Under the pieces are notes generated by a model. It ran no database searches and was not told the origin of the DNA. It was given only the letters and a program-made list of their open reading frames with translations. The position numbers and the translations under genes were made by a program. From NCBI GenBank assembly GCA_903863935.1, contig CAIPDV010000069.1:19322-83321 (forward strand): a stretch of 64,000 nucleotides of DNA, in the 5' to 3' direction. Below are positions 47,092-56,999 of the stretch, one piece after another (position 1 is the stretch's first letter; each line of letters starts with the position of its first letter). This DNA comes from an uncultured Bacteroidota bacterium. Its GTDB lineage: Bacteria; Bacteroidota; Bacteroidia; JABEUT01.

Positions 47092-47133
47092 AAAAAATGG
47101 AGAGTAGAATAGAATTCTAACCCTCCATTTTCA
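47092..47133. terminator. Bidirectional hairpin terminator between convergent gpx and the bacilliredoxin-like gene
   Basis: AATGGAGAG...CCCTCCATT stem around a TAGAATTCTA palindromic loop. A- and T-runs flank on both sides. Confidence 0.5.
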
Positions 47134-47151
47134 TATTATAATTATTGATGT

Positions 47152-47562
47152 TTAGCAGTATTCTTCGTAAGCTGCTTTAAGGTTTTCTGCAACCATTCCC
47201 GCTGAATGGCCTTCAATCCGATGACGCTCGATAAAATAAGCGAGTTTACCATCTTTAAATAATGCTATAGAAGGGGATGATGGAGGATATGGTAAAGTAT
47301 ACCTGCGTGCTTGTGCTGTGGCTTCCACATCGAAACCTGCAAAAACAGTAACTAAATTATCCGGCTTTTTATTATTGTCGAGTGACATAAGAATGCCCGG
47401 GCGGGCTGCACCTGCGGAGCAACCACATACGGAATTAAATACTAATAGTGTAGTGCCTTTTTCCTGGATTGCATTATCAACTGCAACTGGGGTTGTGAGA
47501 TCTCTGAACCCGGCTTCGGTAAGTTCAGACTTCATGGGTATTACTAACGCTTCTGGATACAT
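47152..47562 (-). CDS. Bacilliredoxin-family (YphP/YqiW, DUF1094-like) redox protein
   Basis: CGC motif in NSVCGCSAGAARP, within a thioredoxin-like ~136 aa protein. Confidence 0.5.
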   Translation of the reverse strand: MYPEALVIPMKSELTEAGFRDLTTPVAVDNAIQEKGTTLLVFNSVCGCSAGAARPGILMSLDNNKKPDNLVTVFAGFDVEATAQARRYTLPYPPSSPSIALFKDGKLAYFIERHRIEGHSAGMVAENLKAAYEEYC

Positions 47563-47672
47563 ATTGAATTTATTTGTTTAAATTAAAAATTAAGGAGTGC
47601 AAATATAGGCTTTTTTAGGGAAAAGTAGTGCGTTTTAAGTGAAAAGCCTTGAAAATCATACGTTATGTATGA

Positions 47673-48521
47673 CTATGAAAACCCTTTTTCTTTCTTCACA
47701 GTTTCATAGGCTTCCTGCACTTTTTTGAACTTCTCTTCAGCTGATTTTCTTACGTCTTCACCTAAATGGGTAACCCTGTCAGGGTGATATTTAAGTGCCA
47801 TCTGCCGGTAGGCTTTCTTAATTTCTTCTTCAGTAGCACTTTTTTCGATACCTAATATTTCATAGGCTTTCGATTTGTTGGCAACGCTACCACCTCCTCC
47901 GCCAAACATGGCCCCCACTGTTTTAAAGTCTGTGGGGCTTATTTGCAGGTAAACTGATATTTTGTATAATAAAGCTTGCTCGTGGGTCGAGAAGCTTCCA
48001 TCGGCGTAAGCTATTCCGAATAAATAGTGCATTAACTGCAACCGGCTGTGGTAGGTCATTTTGCTTTGGGCTGCATAACAAATCCTTTCAAGCGGTATTT
48101 CATTCTTTAAGGCTTCGCGAAGCATAAGCAGGTTTTGTTTGGCTTTTTCAACCCCGAACTGGCGCACAAAAAAATCTTTTACATATTCCAGTTCCGAGCG
48201 GGTAGTTTTACCATCGCTTCGCATTACTGCGGCGGAAAGGGATACAAGTATAAAATTAAATCCCCCGCTGTAATTCTCAAGTATTGAGTCAAGGTTCGGG
48301 TTTCCTGTACTCCCCGGAGTATCTTTCGGATCTTCTTGTTTTGATCGCATGTATTCATCGTAAAGGGCACCAAGCAAAAAACCTGCTATAGCCCCATCTA
48401 ACCGCGCAAAAAACCAACCAATAATTACTCCGAAAAACTTTCCTGTTATATTTATCATACCGATTATGGTGTAAAAATAGGTTGTTTTAAGCAGACCGAT
48501 GTTAAAAAAGCTCCGATCCAT
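47673..48521 (-). CDS. DjlA-like membrane-anchored J-domain co-chaperone (TM + TerB-like + DnaJ domain)
   Basis: C-terminal J domain with HPD ([14 protein letters not shown]). Central TerB-like region. N-terminal hydrophobic helix. Start trimmed to Met 99 (MDRSFF) of the 380-aa ORF. Confidence 0.55.
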   Translation of the reverse strand: MDRSFFNIGLLKTTYFYTIIGMINITGKFFGVIIGWFFARLDGAIAGFLLGALYDEYMRSKQEDPKDTPGSTGNPNLDSILENYSGGFNFILVSLSAAVMRSDGKTTRSELEYVKDFFVRQFGVEKAKQNLLMLREALKNEIPLERICYAAQSKMTYHSRLQLMHYLFGIAYADGSFSTHEQALLYKISVYLQISPTDFKTVGAMFGGGGGSVANKSKAYEILGIEKSATEEEIKKAYRQMALKYHPDRVTHLGEDVRKSAEEKFKKVQEAYETVKKEKGFS

Positions 48522-48570
48522 TAACGAATGGCTATTAGCTAATTTGTTAATTTTGGGCTGCACAATATAT

Positions 48571-49302
48571 ATGTACGCACTTTTAAAAAAGGAAATATCT
48601 GGCTTTCTGGGGTCCCTTATCGGATACATTGTAATAGGTGTATTCCTTATTACCATTGGGTTACTGCTATGGGTAGTTCCTTCCGAATCGAATATCCTAA
48701 GCAGCGGGTATGCAGGTATCGACCCCTTATTTGTTTTAGCTCCCTGGGTATTTATGTTTCTTATTCCGGCAGTTAGTATGCGTTCTTTTGCAGAAGAGAA
48801 AAAGACCGGCACCATAGAACTTCTTTTAACCCGACCCCTCAGCGACCTTGAAATTATCCTGGCAAAATATTTGGCTTGTATTGTTCTGGTTATTCTGTCC
48901 TTGTTGCCTACGTTGGTATATTATTTCTCCGTTTCTATTTTAGGCAGCCCTCCCGGAAACCTTGACAATGGCCGTACATGGGGTTCGTACCTGGGGCTGA
49001 TTTTCCTTGCCAGCGGCTTTGCTTCTATCGGGGTGTTTGCTTCCTGCATCAGTGGCAACCAAATAGTGTCATTTATAATAGCGGTGATACTTTGCTTTAT
49101 ATGCTATACCGGGTTTGGCTTTGTCGGCCAATATCTTTCTTCGGGTATGCTGGGTAATTTTGTTCAATCTATGGGGATAAGCCTCCATTATTCCTCCATG
49201 AGCAGAGGAGTGATTGATACCCGCGATGTGCTATATTTTGCCAGTATTTCAACGGCTTTTATTTTAATGACCAGAACCTCTCTTGAAAGCAGAAAATGGT
49301 GA
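48571..49302 (+). CDS. gldF: Gliding motility ABC transporter permease GldF-like
   Basis: ABC-2 type permease. The N-terminal region ([29 protein letters not shown]) resembles the GldF N-terminus. Followed by a gldG-like gene overlapping by 7 bp. Confidence 0.6.
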   Translation: MYALLKKEISGFLGSLIGYIVIGVFLITIGLLLWVVPSESNILSSGYAGIDPLFVLAPWVFMFLIPAVSMRSFAEEKKTGTIELLLTRPLSDLEIILAKYLACIVLVILSLLPTLVYYFSVSILGSPPGNLDNGRTWGSYLGLIFLASGFASIGVFASCISGNQIVSFIIAVILCFICYTGFGFVGQYLSSGMLGNFVQSMGISLHYSSMSRGVIDTRDVLYFASISTAFILMTRTSLESRKW

Positions 49303-51056
49303 ACGGAGAGCATAAGAATAAAAAGAAAACTGCCGGAAAAGACCTGCTAAGACTGGGTTTGAGTCTGCTTATTTTATTTTTACTGAATTACGTTGGGTCA
49401 TTTGTTTTCCACCGGTTCGATCTTACCTCCGAAAAACGTTACACGCTTTCTCCTCAGTCGAAAAAGATTGCCGAAAATATTCAGGGTACTGCATTCTTCA
49501 AGGTTTACCTGGAAGGAAATAAACTACCTGCGGGCTTTATCCGAATGCGCGATGAAACCAAAGAGATGCTTGATGAATTCCGGGCTTACTCGGGTGGCAA
49601 GATACAATATGAGTTTGTAGATCCTTCTGCTAATCCTGACAAAAATGCAAGGATGGCATTTTACGAACAGCTTTACAGGGAGGGACTTTCACCTATCAAC
49701 CTGCATCTCCAGGAATCGAGCGGCAATTCCGACATAATGGTAGTTCCCGGTGCTATTCTTTCCTATCGCGGTAGGGAAATTGCCATGAATATATACCAGG
49801 ATCAGGGCAATCCCAACACAATGGCTGCTGTTAATTATTCCATTGAAGAGCTGGAATACAATATTGATAATGCCATCCACAAACTCACCATTGATTTCAA
49901 GCCCGATATTGCCTTTCTGCAGGGGCATGGAGAATTAGATTCAATACATGTTGCAAGTTCAATTAAAACATTGAGCGAATACTATAATATAAGGAGCATA
50001 ACCATCAACCATCGTTCAGGTGCGTTGCTCGATTCTTCGGGCAATGTGCGCTACAAAGCTATTATTGTTGCCAAGCCCGATACCGTTTTCCCTGAGCCCG
50101 ATAAAATTGCCATTGACCAGTATATTATGCATGGCGGAAAAGTGTTCTGGCTGATAAGCCCTGTTTATGCGCCTATGGACTCCCTCTCTAAAAATGGTTA
50201 TACGGTGGGCTTTCCGAACAACCTGAACCTGGATGATATGATGTTCAACTATGGGGTAAGGCTGAATACCAATTTAGTAATGGATTTTCAGTGCTCGGGA
50301 GTGCCCATAAATACGGCCATGCGCGGAGAACCGGCCCGCTGGGAAGTCTGCCCCTGGTTGTATGAACCGCTGGTAGGCTCAACAGGCAACAGCACTATAG
50401 TTAAGAATTTGAACCTGGTGGAATTGAATATGGCGAGCAGTTTAGATACCATCAAGGTTCCTAATGTAAAAAAAACCGTTTTGTTAAATACATCAAAAAA
50501 TACGAAATTGCAAAACGGAACTTTTGCGCGGATTAGTTTTCAGTTGGCCATTAAGCTGGCGCATCTTTCGCCGGCAGATAGGGAACAATTGATGGATGCC
50601 CAGTTTAAAGAAGGGCATCAACCTGTTGCTGTATTGCTGGAAGGTACGTTCAAATCCTTGTATCAGGGCCGGATACCATATCCTTACAATACTCCTAAAT
50701 ACAACTACCTTGCAGAAAGCAAGCCCACCGCCATGATTATTGTTTCGAATGGTGATGTAATACGGAATGAAACGGAATCGGGCGGGAAAGCCGCTTCACC
50801 ATTGGGGTGGGATACATATGCCAGGCAAATGTACAGCAACAGCGATTTTGTGCTGAACAGTATGAATTATTTATGTGGCGATTCAGCTTTGCTGAATGTG
50901 AGAGATAGGCAGTTGCAAATACGTTTGCTTGATGATAAACGTGTAAAGCTCGAGAAAACCCAATGGCAGGTTATCAACTTAGTTATACCTGTAGCATTAA
51001 TAATTATACTCGGATTGATACTCGCCGCAGTGCGGAAGGCGATGTACGCAAAGTAA
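49296..51056 (+). CDS. gldG: Gliding motility-associated ABC transporter auxiliary component GldG-like
   Basis: ~586 aa with N- and C-terminal TM anchors around a large periplasmic domain. Operonic with the gldF-like gene. Confidence 0.6.
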   Translation: MVNGEHKNKKKTAGKDLLRLGLSLLILFLLNYVGSFVFHRFDLTSEKRYTLSPQSKKIAENIQGTAFFKVYLEGNKLPAGFIRMRDETKEMLDEFRAYSGGKIQYEFVDPSANPDKNARMAFYEQLYREGLSPINLHLQESSGNSDIMVVPGAILSYRGREIAMNIYQDQGNPNTMAAVNYSIEELEYNIDNAIHKLTIDFKPDIAFLQGHGELDSIHVASSIKTLSEYYNIRSITINHRSGALLDSSGNVRYKAIIVAKPDTVFPEPDKIAIDQYIMHGGKVFWLISPVYAPMDSLSKNGYTVGFPNNLNLDDMMFNYGVRLNTNLVMDFQCSGVPINTAMRGEPARWEVCPWLYEPLVGSTGNSTIVKNLNLVELNMASSLDTIKVPNVKKTVLLNTSKNTKLQNGTFARISFQLAIKLAHLSPADREQLMDAQFKEGHQPVAVLLEGTFKSLYQGRIPYPYNTPKYNYLAESKPTAMIIVSNGDVIRNETESGGKAASPLGWDTYARQMYSNSDFVLNSMNYLCGDSALLNVRDRQLQIRLLDDKRVKLEKTQWQVINLVIPVALIIILGLILAAVRKAMYAK

Positions 51057-51059
51057 CTG

Positions 51060-51875
51060 TTACTTTACCCTTATTCCTTTTGTTTGCGAGGTATGTGCAC
51101 TGAAATATCCCAGTGCATTGTTTGAAATATTTGAGAGCGGATTATAAGGTGTCACATTTGTTGAACCTGACGCCTGCCGGAAGGTGCTGAAATAATTGTA
51201 GGCTCCCAGGTCGATGCATTGCATTTCTACACGAACAGTGTCTCCAATGTGGAGGGATGTATCTGAACGCATGGTGTAGTTAATGAATTTACCATTGTCA
51301 AACTGATCGTTAATTGTAAACATGCGTGTAACAATCGAATCATTGCGGGTTTCCACAAAGTGATAATAATTTACAGAATTGCCCGGGTCAAGAAAAACGG
51401 GCATTGGGTAAATGGCGGTATCCCGGAAGCGGAATTGTTTAACAGAAACAAGCGTATCAAAGTTCACCTTTTGAGGCATTGTGCAGGTTGAAATGTATGT
51501 TTGTCCGTTCGCAATAACTTTCAAGGTGTAAGTATGTCCCTGCGCACCTGCAATTTTGGTGGTTTTGTAAGTGCCGGGAATGCTTTCAGCAAGTGTATCT
51601 ATAGTGCCCATATCATCGGAAATAGTAATAAAGGCACTACTTATAGGAGGAAAAGTATTATTCTGGCTGAAGTTTACGGTTTGGTTCAGGGTAACTATGT
51701 AAGGTCCGGATTGGTCATTCACATTGCCTACAATTACAATGGCAGGAGAGGCTGAATTCAAATCCACATTTATTACTTTTTGACAAGAGATAAAAGATAA
51801 AAGTGAAAAACTAAAAATGAAAAATAAGGTGTGCCTGACACTTTTAATTTTTAGTTTATAATTTGTAATATTCAT
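51060..51875 (-). CDS. Lipoprotein (DUF4249-like) partnered with the upstream TonB-dependent receptor
   Basis: Lipobox FISCQK. Starts at the stop codon of the TBDR gene (1-bp overlap). Confidence 0.45.
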   Translation of the reverse strand: MNITNYKLKIKSVRHTLFFIFSFSLLSFISCQKVINVDLNSASPAIVIVGNVNDQSGPYIVTLNQTVNFSQNNTFPPISSAFITISDDMGTIDTLAESIPGTYKTTKIAGAQGHTYTLKVIANGQTYISTCTMPQKVNFDTLVSVKQFRFRDTAIYPMPVFLDPGNSVNYYHFVETRNDSIVTRMFTINDQFDNGKFINYTMRSDTSLHIGDTVRVEMQCIDLGAYNYFSTFRQASGSTNVTPYNPLSNISNNALGYFSAHTSQTKGIRVK

Positions 51876-54220
51876 TAGAATTTGAAATTATAAGAAACAG
51901 AAGGAATTATTCCGAAAAGTGAAGTAAGCACAGCCTGTGTTTGCTGGGAGTTATTTGGATTCTGTTGGAAAGTAATTGTGTAGGCATTCCAACGGTCATA
52001 GGCATTGTAAACAGAAAATGACCACTCCGCCTGGTAGTGCGGATGCTTTTTGCAATGATATGTTGCACCTACATCCATTCTGTGATAGTCGGGCATGCGG
52101 TAACCATTTCGGGAGGTGTAGTAATAAATTACATTGTCGTTAATGGCATATTTCCCGCTGGGAAAGGTAACAGGATATCCTGTATTGTAAATCCATGTGG
52201 CGGAAAAGGACCATTTTTTATTCAGGTCGTAAATTACAACAACATCAATATCATTTGTAATATCCTGCCTTGCTGGATACCAGTCTCCATTATTAACACC
52301 AGGTATTTGCAATTCTGTTTTCGACAGTGTGTAGCCCAGCCATCCGGTTAGTTTACCGAATTTTCTTTTCACAAAAAATTCCGCACCAAAGGAACGGCCG
52401 CTACCAAAGAGTAATTCATTTTCCACATTCTGATTGAGGTTGAGTTGTGCACCATTCTTATAATCGATCTGGTTCTGCATTATCTTATAATATGTTTCTA
52501 CCGAAAATTCATATTTATTATTTAAAAAATTACGGTAGTAACCAATGGAGAACTGATCTGATATTTCAGGTTTTACATTGTTACTGCTCGGAATCCACAG
52601 GTCAGTCGGGTTGGAAGATGTGGAATTGGAAAGCAAGTGCAGGTTCTGCACATTACGGTCATACGAAGCTTTGATGGAAGAAACCTCATTCAGCATGTAA
52701 TTCGCATTGAAGCGGGGTTCCGGGTTGATATATGTTTTCACAAACTGTCCGCTTGAGTACTTGGCTGAATCAACCGGATTGCCATTTGCATCATAGGTAT
52801 AGAATGTTCCCGCACCCAGCAGTGAGAAGGATGTTAACCTTATTCCTGCTACAAATTTTAACCGTTCACTCACTTTAAATTCATCGGAAACAAACAGGGC
52901 GGCCTCAAGCGCATAGCGGCTTTGAATGTGTGTGCTGTTTATATTCGAATCATTCGAGACGATGTTGCCTGGCACAATAGTGTGATGTATAACATTAAAG
53001 CCAAATAGAATTTTATTTTTTGAATTCGGATAATATTGAAATTCCTGTTTCAGGTTCCAGTCGTTAATAGTAGATTGTATCCCGATATTAAGACTTGGTG
53101 TTGTAATACTTATATTGAAATTATAGTTGCTGTAAATTAAAGAAGTATTCGAAAATAGCTTAGCCCCGAAGATGTGGTTCCAGCGCAGGGTTCCGGTTGT
53201 ATTGCCCCAGTTAATTCCAAATTGATTATTCGCACCCAACACATCTTTACCCAAATATCCCGACAGATAAATACGGTCGTTTTCACCCAGGGTATAGTTG
53301 CCTTTAATATTGAAATCGTAAAAATAAAGGCTGCTGTTGCGCAATGAAGTATTGTTGGAAAGTTTCAAAAACAGATCGGCATATGTTCTTCTGGCCGAAA
53401 CCAAAAATGAGCCTTTGCCTTTTTTTATGGGTCCTTCAAAATTCAACCTTGATGCTATAAGTCCTATACCGCCGCTTACATGATATGATTGATCGTTGCC
53501 GTCATTCATGCGGATATCCTCTACCGAAGCGAGGCGGCCACCGTAATTCACCGGCATTCCGCTTTTATAAAGCGTTACATTCTTTATAGCATCGGAATTG
53601 AAAACGGAAAAGAAACCCAGCAAGTGAGATGCATTATAAACCGGGGCTTCATCCAGCAGAACAAGATTCTGGTCGGCAGCACCTCCACGTACATAAAAAC
53701 CGCTGTTACCATCGCCGGCAGAAATAACGCCCGGCAGCAGTTGCATGGTTTTTAATACATCTTTTTCACCAAAGAACACCGGTATTTTGGCAATCTCTTT
53801 CACATCAAGCTGAACCATACCGGTTTGTGTGCTGGTTACATTCTCCGTTGGCTTTGCACCCTGCACGCTTACTTCCTGCAAGGTGGAACTATTGGAAGAT
53901 AGGGTGACATTATGTTTAAAATTCTGCTTAAGTGTAATTTTTATGGAGTCGGTATTATAGCCCAGGTAGGTATAGTAAAGTGTATAGGAACCTTCAGGCA
54001 AGGTTAATGAGTAAAACCCATATTTATTGGTGCTTACGCCTGTAGCCTCCAATTCTTTCACCGAGACTATAGCACCAATAAGTTCTTCGCCTGATGCGGA
54101 ATCTTTAATAGTACCGCTTACCGTAAATTTTTGCCCTGACTGGGCAAAAACTAAATTGGTAATTAGTAAAAGAGCAAACAGACTTAGTTTCCTTAGTGAC
54201 ATAAAGTGCCAAATATACAC
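51875..54220 (-). CDS. TonB-dependent outer-membrane receptor with N-terminal carboxypeptidase-regulatory-like domain
   Basis: Signal peptide. CarbopepD_reg-like start (KFTVSGTIKDSASGEELIGAIVSV). A plug region. 781 aa ending in a terminal Phe. Confidence 0.8.
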   Translation of the reverse strand: MYIWHFMSLRKLSLFALLLITNLVFAQSGQKFTVSGTIKDSASGEELIGAIVSVKELEATGVSTNKYGFYSLTLPEGSYTLYYTYLGYNTDSIKITLKQNFKHNVTLSSNSSTLQEVSVQGAKPTENVTSTQTGMVQLDVKEIAKIPVFFGEKDVLKTMQLLPGVISAGDGNSGFYVRGGAADQNLVLLDEAPVYNASHLLGFFSVFNSDAIKNVTLYKSGMPVNYGGRLASVEDIRMNDGNDQSYHVSGGIGLIASRLNFEGPIKKGKGSFLVSARRTYADLFLKLSNNTSLRNSSLYFYDFNIKGNYTLGENDRIYLSGYLGKDVLGANNQFGINWGNTTGTLRWNHIFGAKLFSNTSLIYSNYNFNISITTPSLNIGIQSTINDWNLKQEFQYYPNSKNKILFGFNVIHHTIVPGNIVSNDSNINSTHIQSRYALEAALFVSDEFKVSERLKFVAGIRLTSFSLLGAGTFYTYDANGNPVDSAKYSSGQFVKTYINPEPRFNANYMLNEVSSIKASYDRNVQNLHLLSNSTSSNPTDLWIPSSNNVKPEISDQFSIGYYRNFLNNKYEFSVETYYKIMQNQIDYKNGAQLNLNQNVENELLFGSGRSFGAEFFVKRKFGKLTGWLGYTLSKTELQIPGVNNGDWYPARQDITNDIDVVVIYDLNKKWSFSATWIYNTGYPVTFPSGKYAINDNVIYYYTSRNGYRMPDYHRMDVGATYHCKKHPHYQAEWSFSVYNAYDRWNAYTITFQQNPNNSQQTQAVLTSLFGIIPSVSYNFKF

Positions 54221-54432
54221 ATCATTAATAAGCTTACAGAAAAGAGTAAAATAACCTCAAATAGTTGTTTTGTGTGATTATAGCGTATTTGGTGTACTTC
54301 GTTTTAGTGGTAGACGATGAAGCAAACGGAATAGTTGTGTAGAAAATAAATTATCTCCAAGTAGATGCAGGTTTTTATTCCTGAATCAAGTGAAAACTAA
54401 GCCATAAAATTGTAAAAGAAATATGGGTGGCC

Positions 54433-55206
54433 CTATAAATAATCGTTATCAACCAGCCACTTTACAATGCGTTTCAATGCCTCTGAATTGCGGTCGATGG
54501 CTGACCAACTTTTTTCGATATGATCCTTTAAAACTATAGGAACCGACCTTGTACTGTTATCTTTCATGGTGGTCATATCGCATTTTTGAGCATTATTTCC
54601 ATCAGTGAAACTTGCTCTTGCAATTACAACGCCCGAGGGCAACCTGAATTCGTAGGTATCAACCCCGCTTCCATCAACAGTAACATCCGCAAAGCTGCCG
54701 ATGGTTTTACTTTGTTTAATGGTTTTATCTGTCTGCAATTCAATAATCCAGCTGCGGTTGCGGCCAACAAGCGTATAATCAATACGGTCATCCGGCATTT
54801 TACCTTCCTTGGTAATAAAGGCTTTCACCTTGTCGGCATCCAACTTGCCATTCACAAATATTCCGCTTTTGCCTATCAATTTTGCCAATGATTTTTCGGT
54901 GCCCAATTTGGAAACACCGAAAATGCCTTTCTGGTTGGTGGTCATAAAGGTGAGGTTGTAATAATAGCTCATGGTATTTTCCTGGTTTTCAACAGCCTTA
55001 TCGTTATATACAGCCGTAATAAGTGTATCGCCACTCATCGATAGTATTTTAAAAATATTCATAAGGCCCATTGGTCCCTTAATTTTGTATACCGTGGCAA
55101 CAGCATTGCCATCAACCATTATGGTATTGTCTTTATAGTCTACTTTTTGCGCCGACAAAATACCGGCGAAAAATAAAATTGCCGAAAAGAGGAATATTTT
55201 TCTCAT
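54433..55206 (-). CDS. Hypothetical secreted protein
   Basis: Signal peptide. No recognisable motifs. Confidence 0.35.
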   Translation of the reverse strand: MRKIFLFSAILFFAGILSAQKVDYKDNTIMVDGNAVATVYKIKGPMGLMNIFKILSMSGDTLITAVYNDKAVENQENTMSYYYNLTFMTTNQKGIFGVSKLGTEKSLAKLIGKSGIFVNGKLDADKVKAFITKEGKMPDDRIDYTLVGRNRSWIIELQTDKTIKQSKTIGSFADVTVDGSGVDTYEFRLPSGVVIARASFTDGNNAQKCDMTTMKDNSTRSVPIVLKDHIEKSWSAIDRNSEALKRIVKWLVDNDYL

Positions 55207-55404
55207 GTTAAATTATATTTATATAGTTGAAATAAAATTCAAATATACTATTTTATATATTCTGCTAATAAATTAAATAGTAGGCTGTTCGACCCAAATA
55301 TGGAATGTGATTGAAGTCTTAGGAAAAGAATAAGATCTCACAGTCCGCCGGAATAACAAGGAGTATTAACGCTTCCCCGAATGGGGAAAAGGAAGGGGCC
55401 AAAA

Positions 55405-55722
55405 CTACCTGAACAACAAATTTATTACGCCGGAGGCTGATTTCTTGACAGCATCGAAAAGTTTGTCTTTAATATCATGAGGGTCTTTTTGAATATTTAC
55501 GGCCGTATCAATACCCTGAGCTACCAGTAACTCAATTATTTCGCTCTTTTTCTCTTTGCCTTGTTTAAAGCGGTCGCCAATAATACTTCTGATTATAATT
55601 GAACCGGCATGGTCGGTTATATAGTCGGTTTGGGCATTAATTTCCTCTCCTTTGGCTTTGCACTTTGCAGCCAGTTCAGCTTTGCGGCTTTGCAACTCCG
55701 CTAATGCATTCTTCTTTGCCAT
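55405..55722 (-). CDS. Hypothetical small protein (possible YqjD/ElaB-like stress protein)
   Basis: ORF only. Paired with an adjacent small membrane protein. Confidence 0.3.
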   Translation of the reverse strand: MAKKNALAELQSRKAELAAKCKAKGEEINAQTDYITDHAGSIIIRSIIGDRFKQGKEKKSEIIELLVAQGIDTAVNIQKDPHDIKDKLFDAVKKSASGVINLLFR

Positions 55723-55724
55723 AG

Positions 55725-56084
55725 TTAATCGTTGTTAGCGTTTGAATCGGTTTGTTCTAATACCTTACGGATGATATAATTCCGCACCTGTTTACGGCCA
55801 AAAGTTGAGAAATACCATAGTAAAAGCAGGTAAAACCCTGCCGAAATAAGGAATCCAAGCCCATAACTATGCACCCACTGGCCTATAAAAAAGGATAAGG
55901 CTATAAAAAGGGAAAGAAAAACAAGTGAAATAAGAATGAACCCTATTATTGCGGCAAAAATTAACGATGCCACCTTGGCAATATATTCAATTACCGATAG
56001 GCGGGTTAACTCGGTTTTTAATTCAATATATTCCAGAATCTGAGCCTTCAGGGCTTTAAGAGGTTGGTCCGTGTTTATATCCAT
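55725..56084 (-). CDS. Small two-TM membrane protein (holin superfamily III / YqjE-like)
   Basis: ~119 aa. Charged N-terminus and two long hydrophobic helices. Confidence 0.35.
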   Translation of the reverse strand: MDINTDQPLKALKAQILEYIELKTELTRLSVIEYIAKVASLIFAAIIGFILISLVFLSLFIALSFFIGQWVHSYGLGFLISAGFYLLLLWYFSTFGRKQVRNYIIRKVLEQTDSNANND

Positions 56085-56213
56085 AGGTTGGTTTTATGCT
56101 ATAAATATACAAAATAACAACCATACGGGTTTTGGGGTAATGACAGATGTCATAATAAAGTATGTTTATTCACCAATCAATTAAACGGTTATATTTGCAG
56201 CCCGAAAAAACAT

Positions 56214-56291
56214 GGTGGATGTAGCTCAGTTGGTTAGAGCATCAGATTGTGGTTCTGAGGGTCGCGGGTTCGAGCCCCGTCTTCCACCCCA
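56214..56291 (+). tRNA. tRNA-His (anticodon GTG) with encoded G-1 and CCA
   Basis: GGTGGATG acceptor (8-bp with G-1), D-arm GCTC..GAGC, anticodon stem TCAGA/TCTGA with loop TTGTGGT, T-arm GCGGGTTCGAGCCCCGT, then CTTCCACC-CCA. Confidence 0.85.
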
Positions 56292-56381
56292 AAAACAGTT
56301 CGGAGCGTGAGATAAGAGAGTGAAAAGTTAAATTTTTACTCTTCTTACAACTTATCACTTACAACTAAAGACTATATTTTG

Positions 56382-56389
56382 TAAATTTG
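56382..56389 (+). promoter_or_regulatory. -7 promoter box TAAATTTG upstream of the 56413 gene
   Basis: Perfect TAnnTTTG consensus ~23 nt upstream of the ATG. Confidence 0.4.
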
Positions 56390-56412
56390 CGATTCATTAC
56401 CTCTTAACCCTT

Positions 56413-56937
56413 ATGAAATTAAACCCGCGCTTCGTTGTCATTACATTACTTATAGTATTAGCTGCTTCAACACGCTTGTTCCCACATTTGCCAAACTTTA
56501 CCGCCTTATCGGCTTTGGCTTTGTTCGGTGCTGCCCAGTACAATAAAAAAATAATGGCCTTCCTTGTGCCGTTGACGGCACTTGTATTGAGTGATGCAAT
56601 CCTTGGGTTTTATGCAGGGATGGAATGGGTGTACGGAACTTTCATTTTAATTATTATTTCCGGGTTTGCCTTACGCAATAAAGTAACTGCGCCACGTGTA
56701 ATATTGCTTTCCGTTGTTTCTTCACTTCTAATGTATGTTGTTTCCGACTTTGGCATGTGGATTGGTAGTGGAATATACCCTCATACACTTACTGGATTTA
56801 CCACATGTTATGTTGCTGCGCTTCCTTTTCTTAGAAATGAATTACTCGGAGACTTATTTTACTGCGGACTTTTATTCGGGCTCTTTTATCTTGCCCAACT
56901 CAAGTTCCCTACACTTTTAAAGCAACGTATTAAATAG
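56413..56937 (+). CDS. Hypothetical integral membrane protein (5-6 TM; possibly an ECF-transporter S-component-like protein)
   Basis: ORF with multiple hydrophobic helices. No signature motif. Confidence 0.35.
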   Translation: MKLNPRFVVITLLIVLAASTRLFPHLPNFTALSALALFGAAQYNKKIMAFLVPLTALVLSDAILGFYAGMEWVYGTFILIIISGFALRNKVTAPRVILLSVVSSLLMYVVSDFGMWIGSGIYPHTLTGFTTCYVAALPFLRNELLGDLFYCGLLFGLFYLAQLKFPTLLKQRIK

Positions 56938-56999
56938 TTTCTTCCTATTGATTACATATACGCCGGTTAGTTTTATTATTAATTGCTATTTATCCGGTT

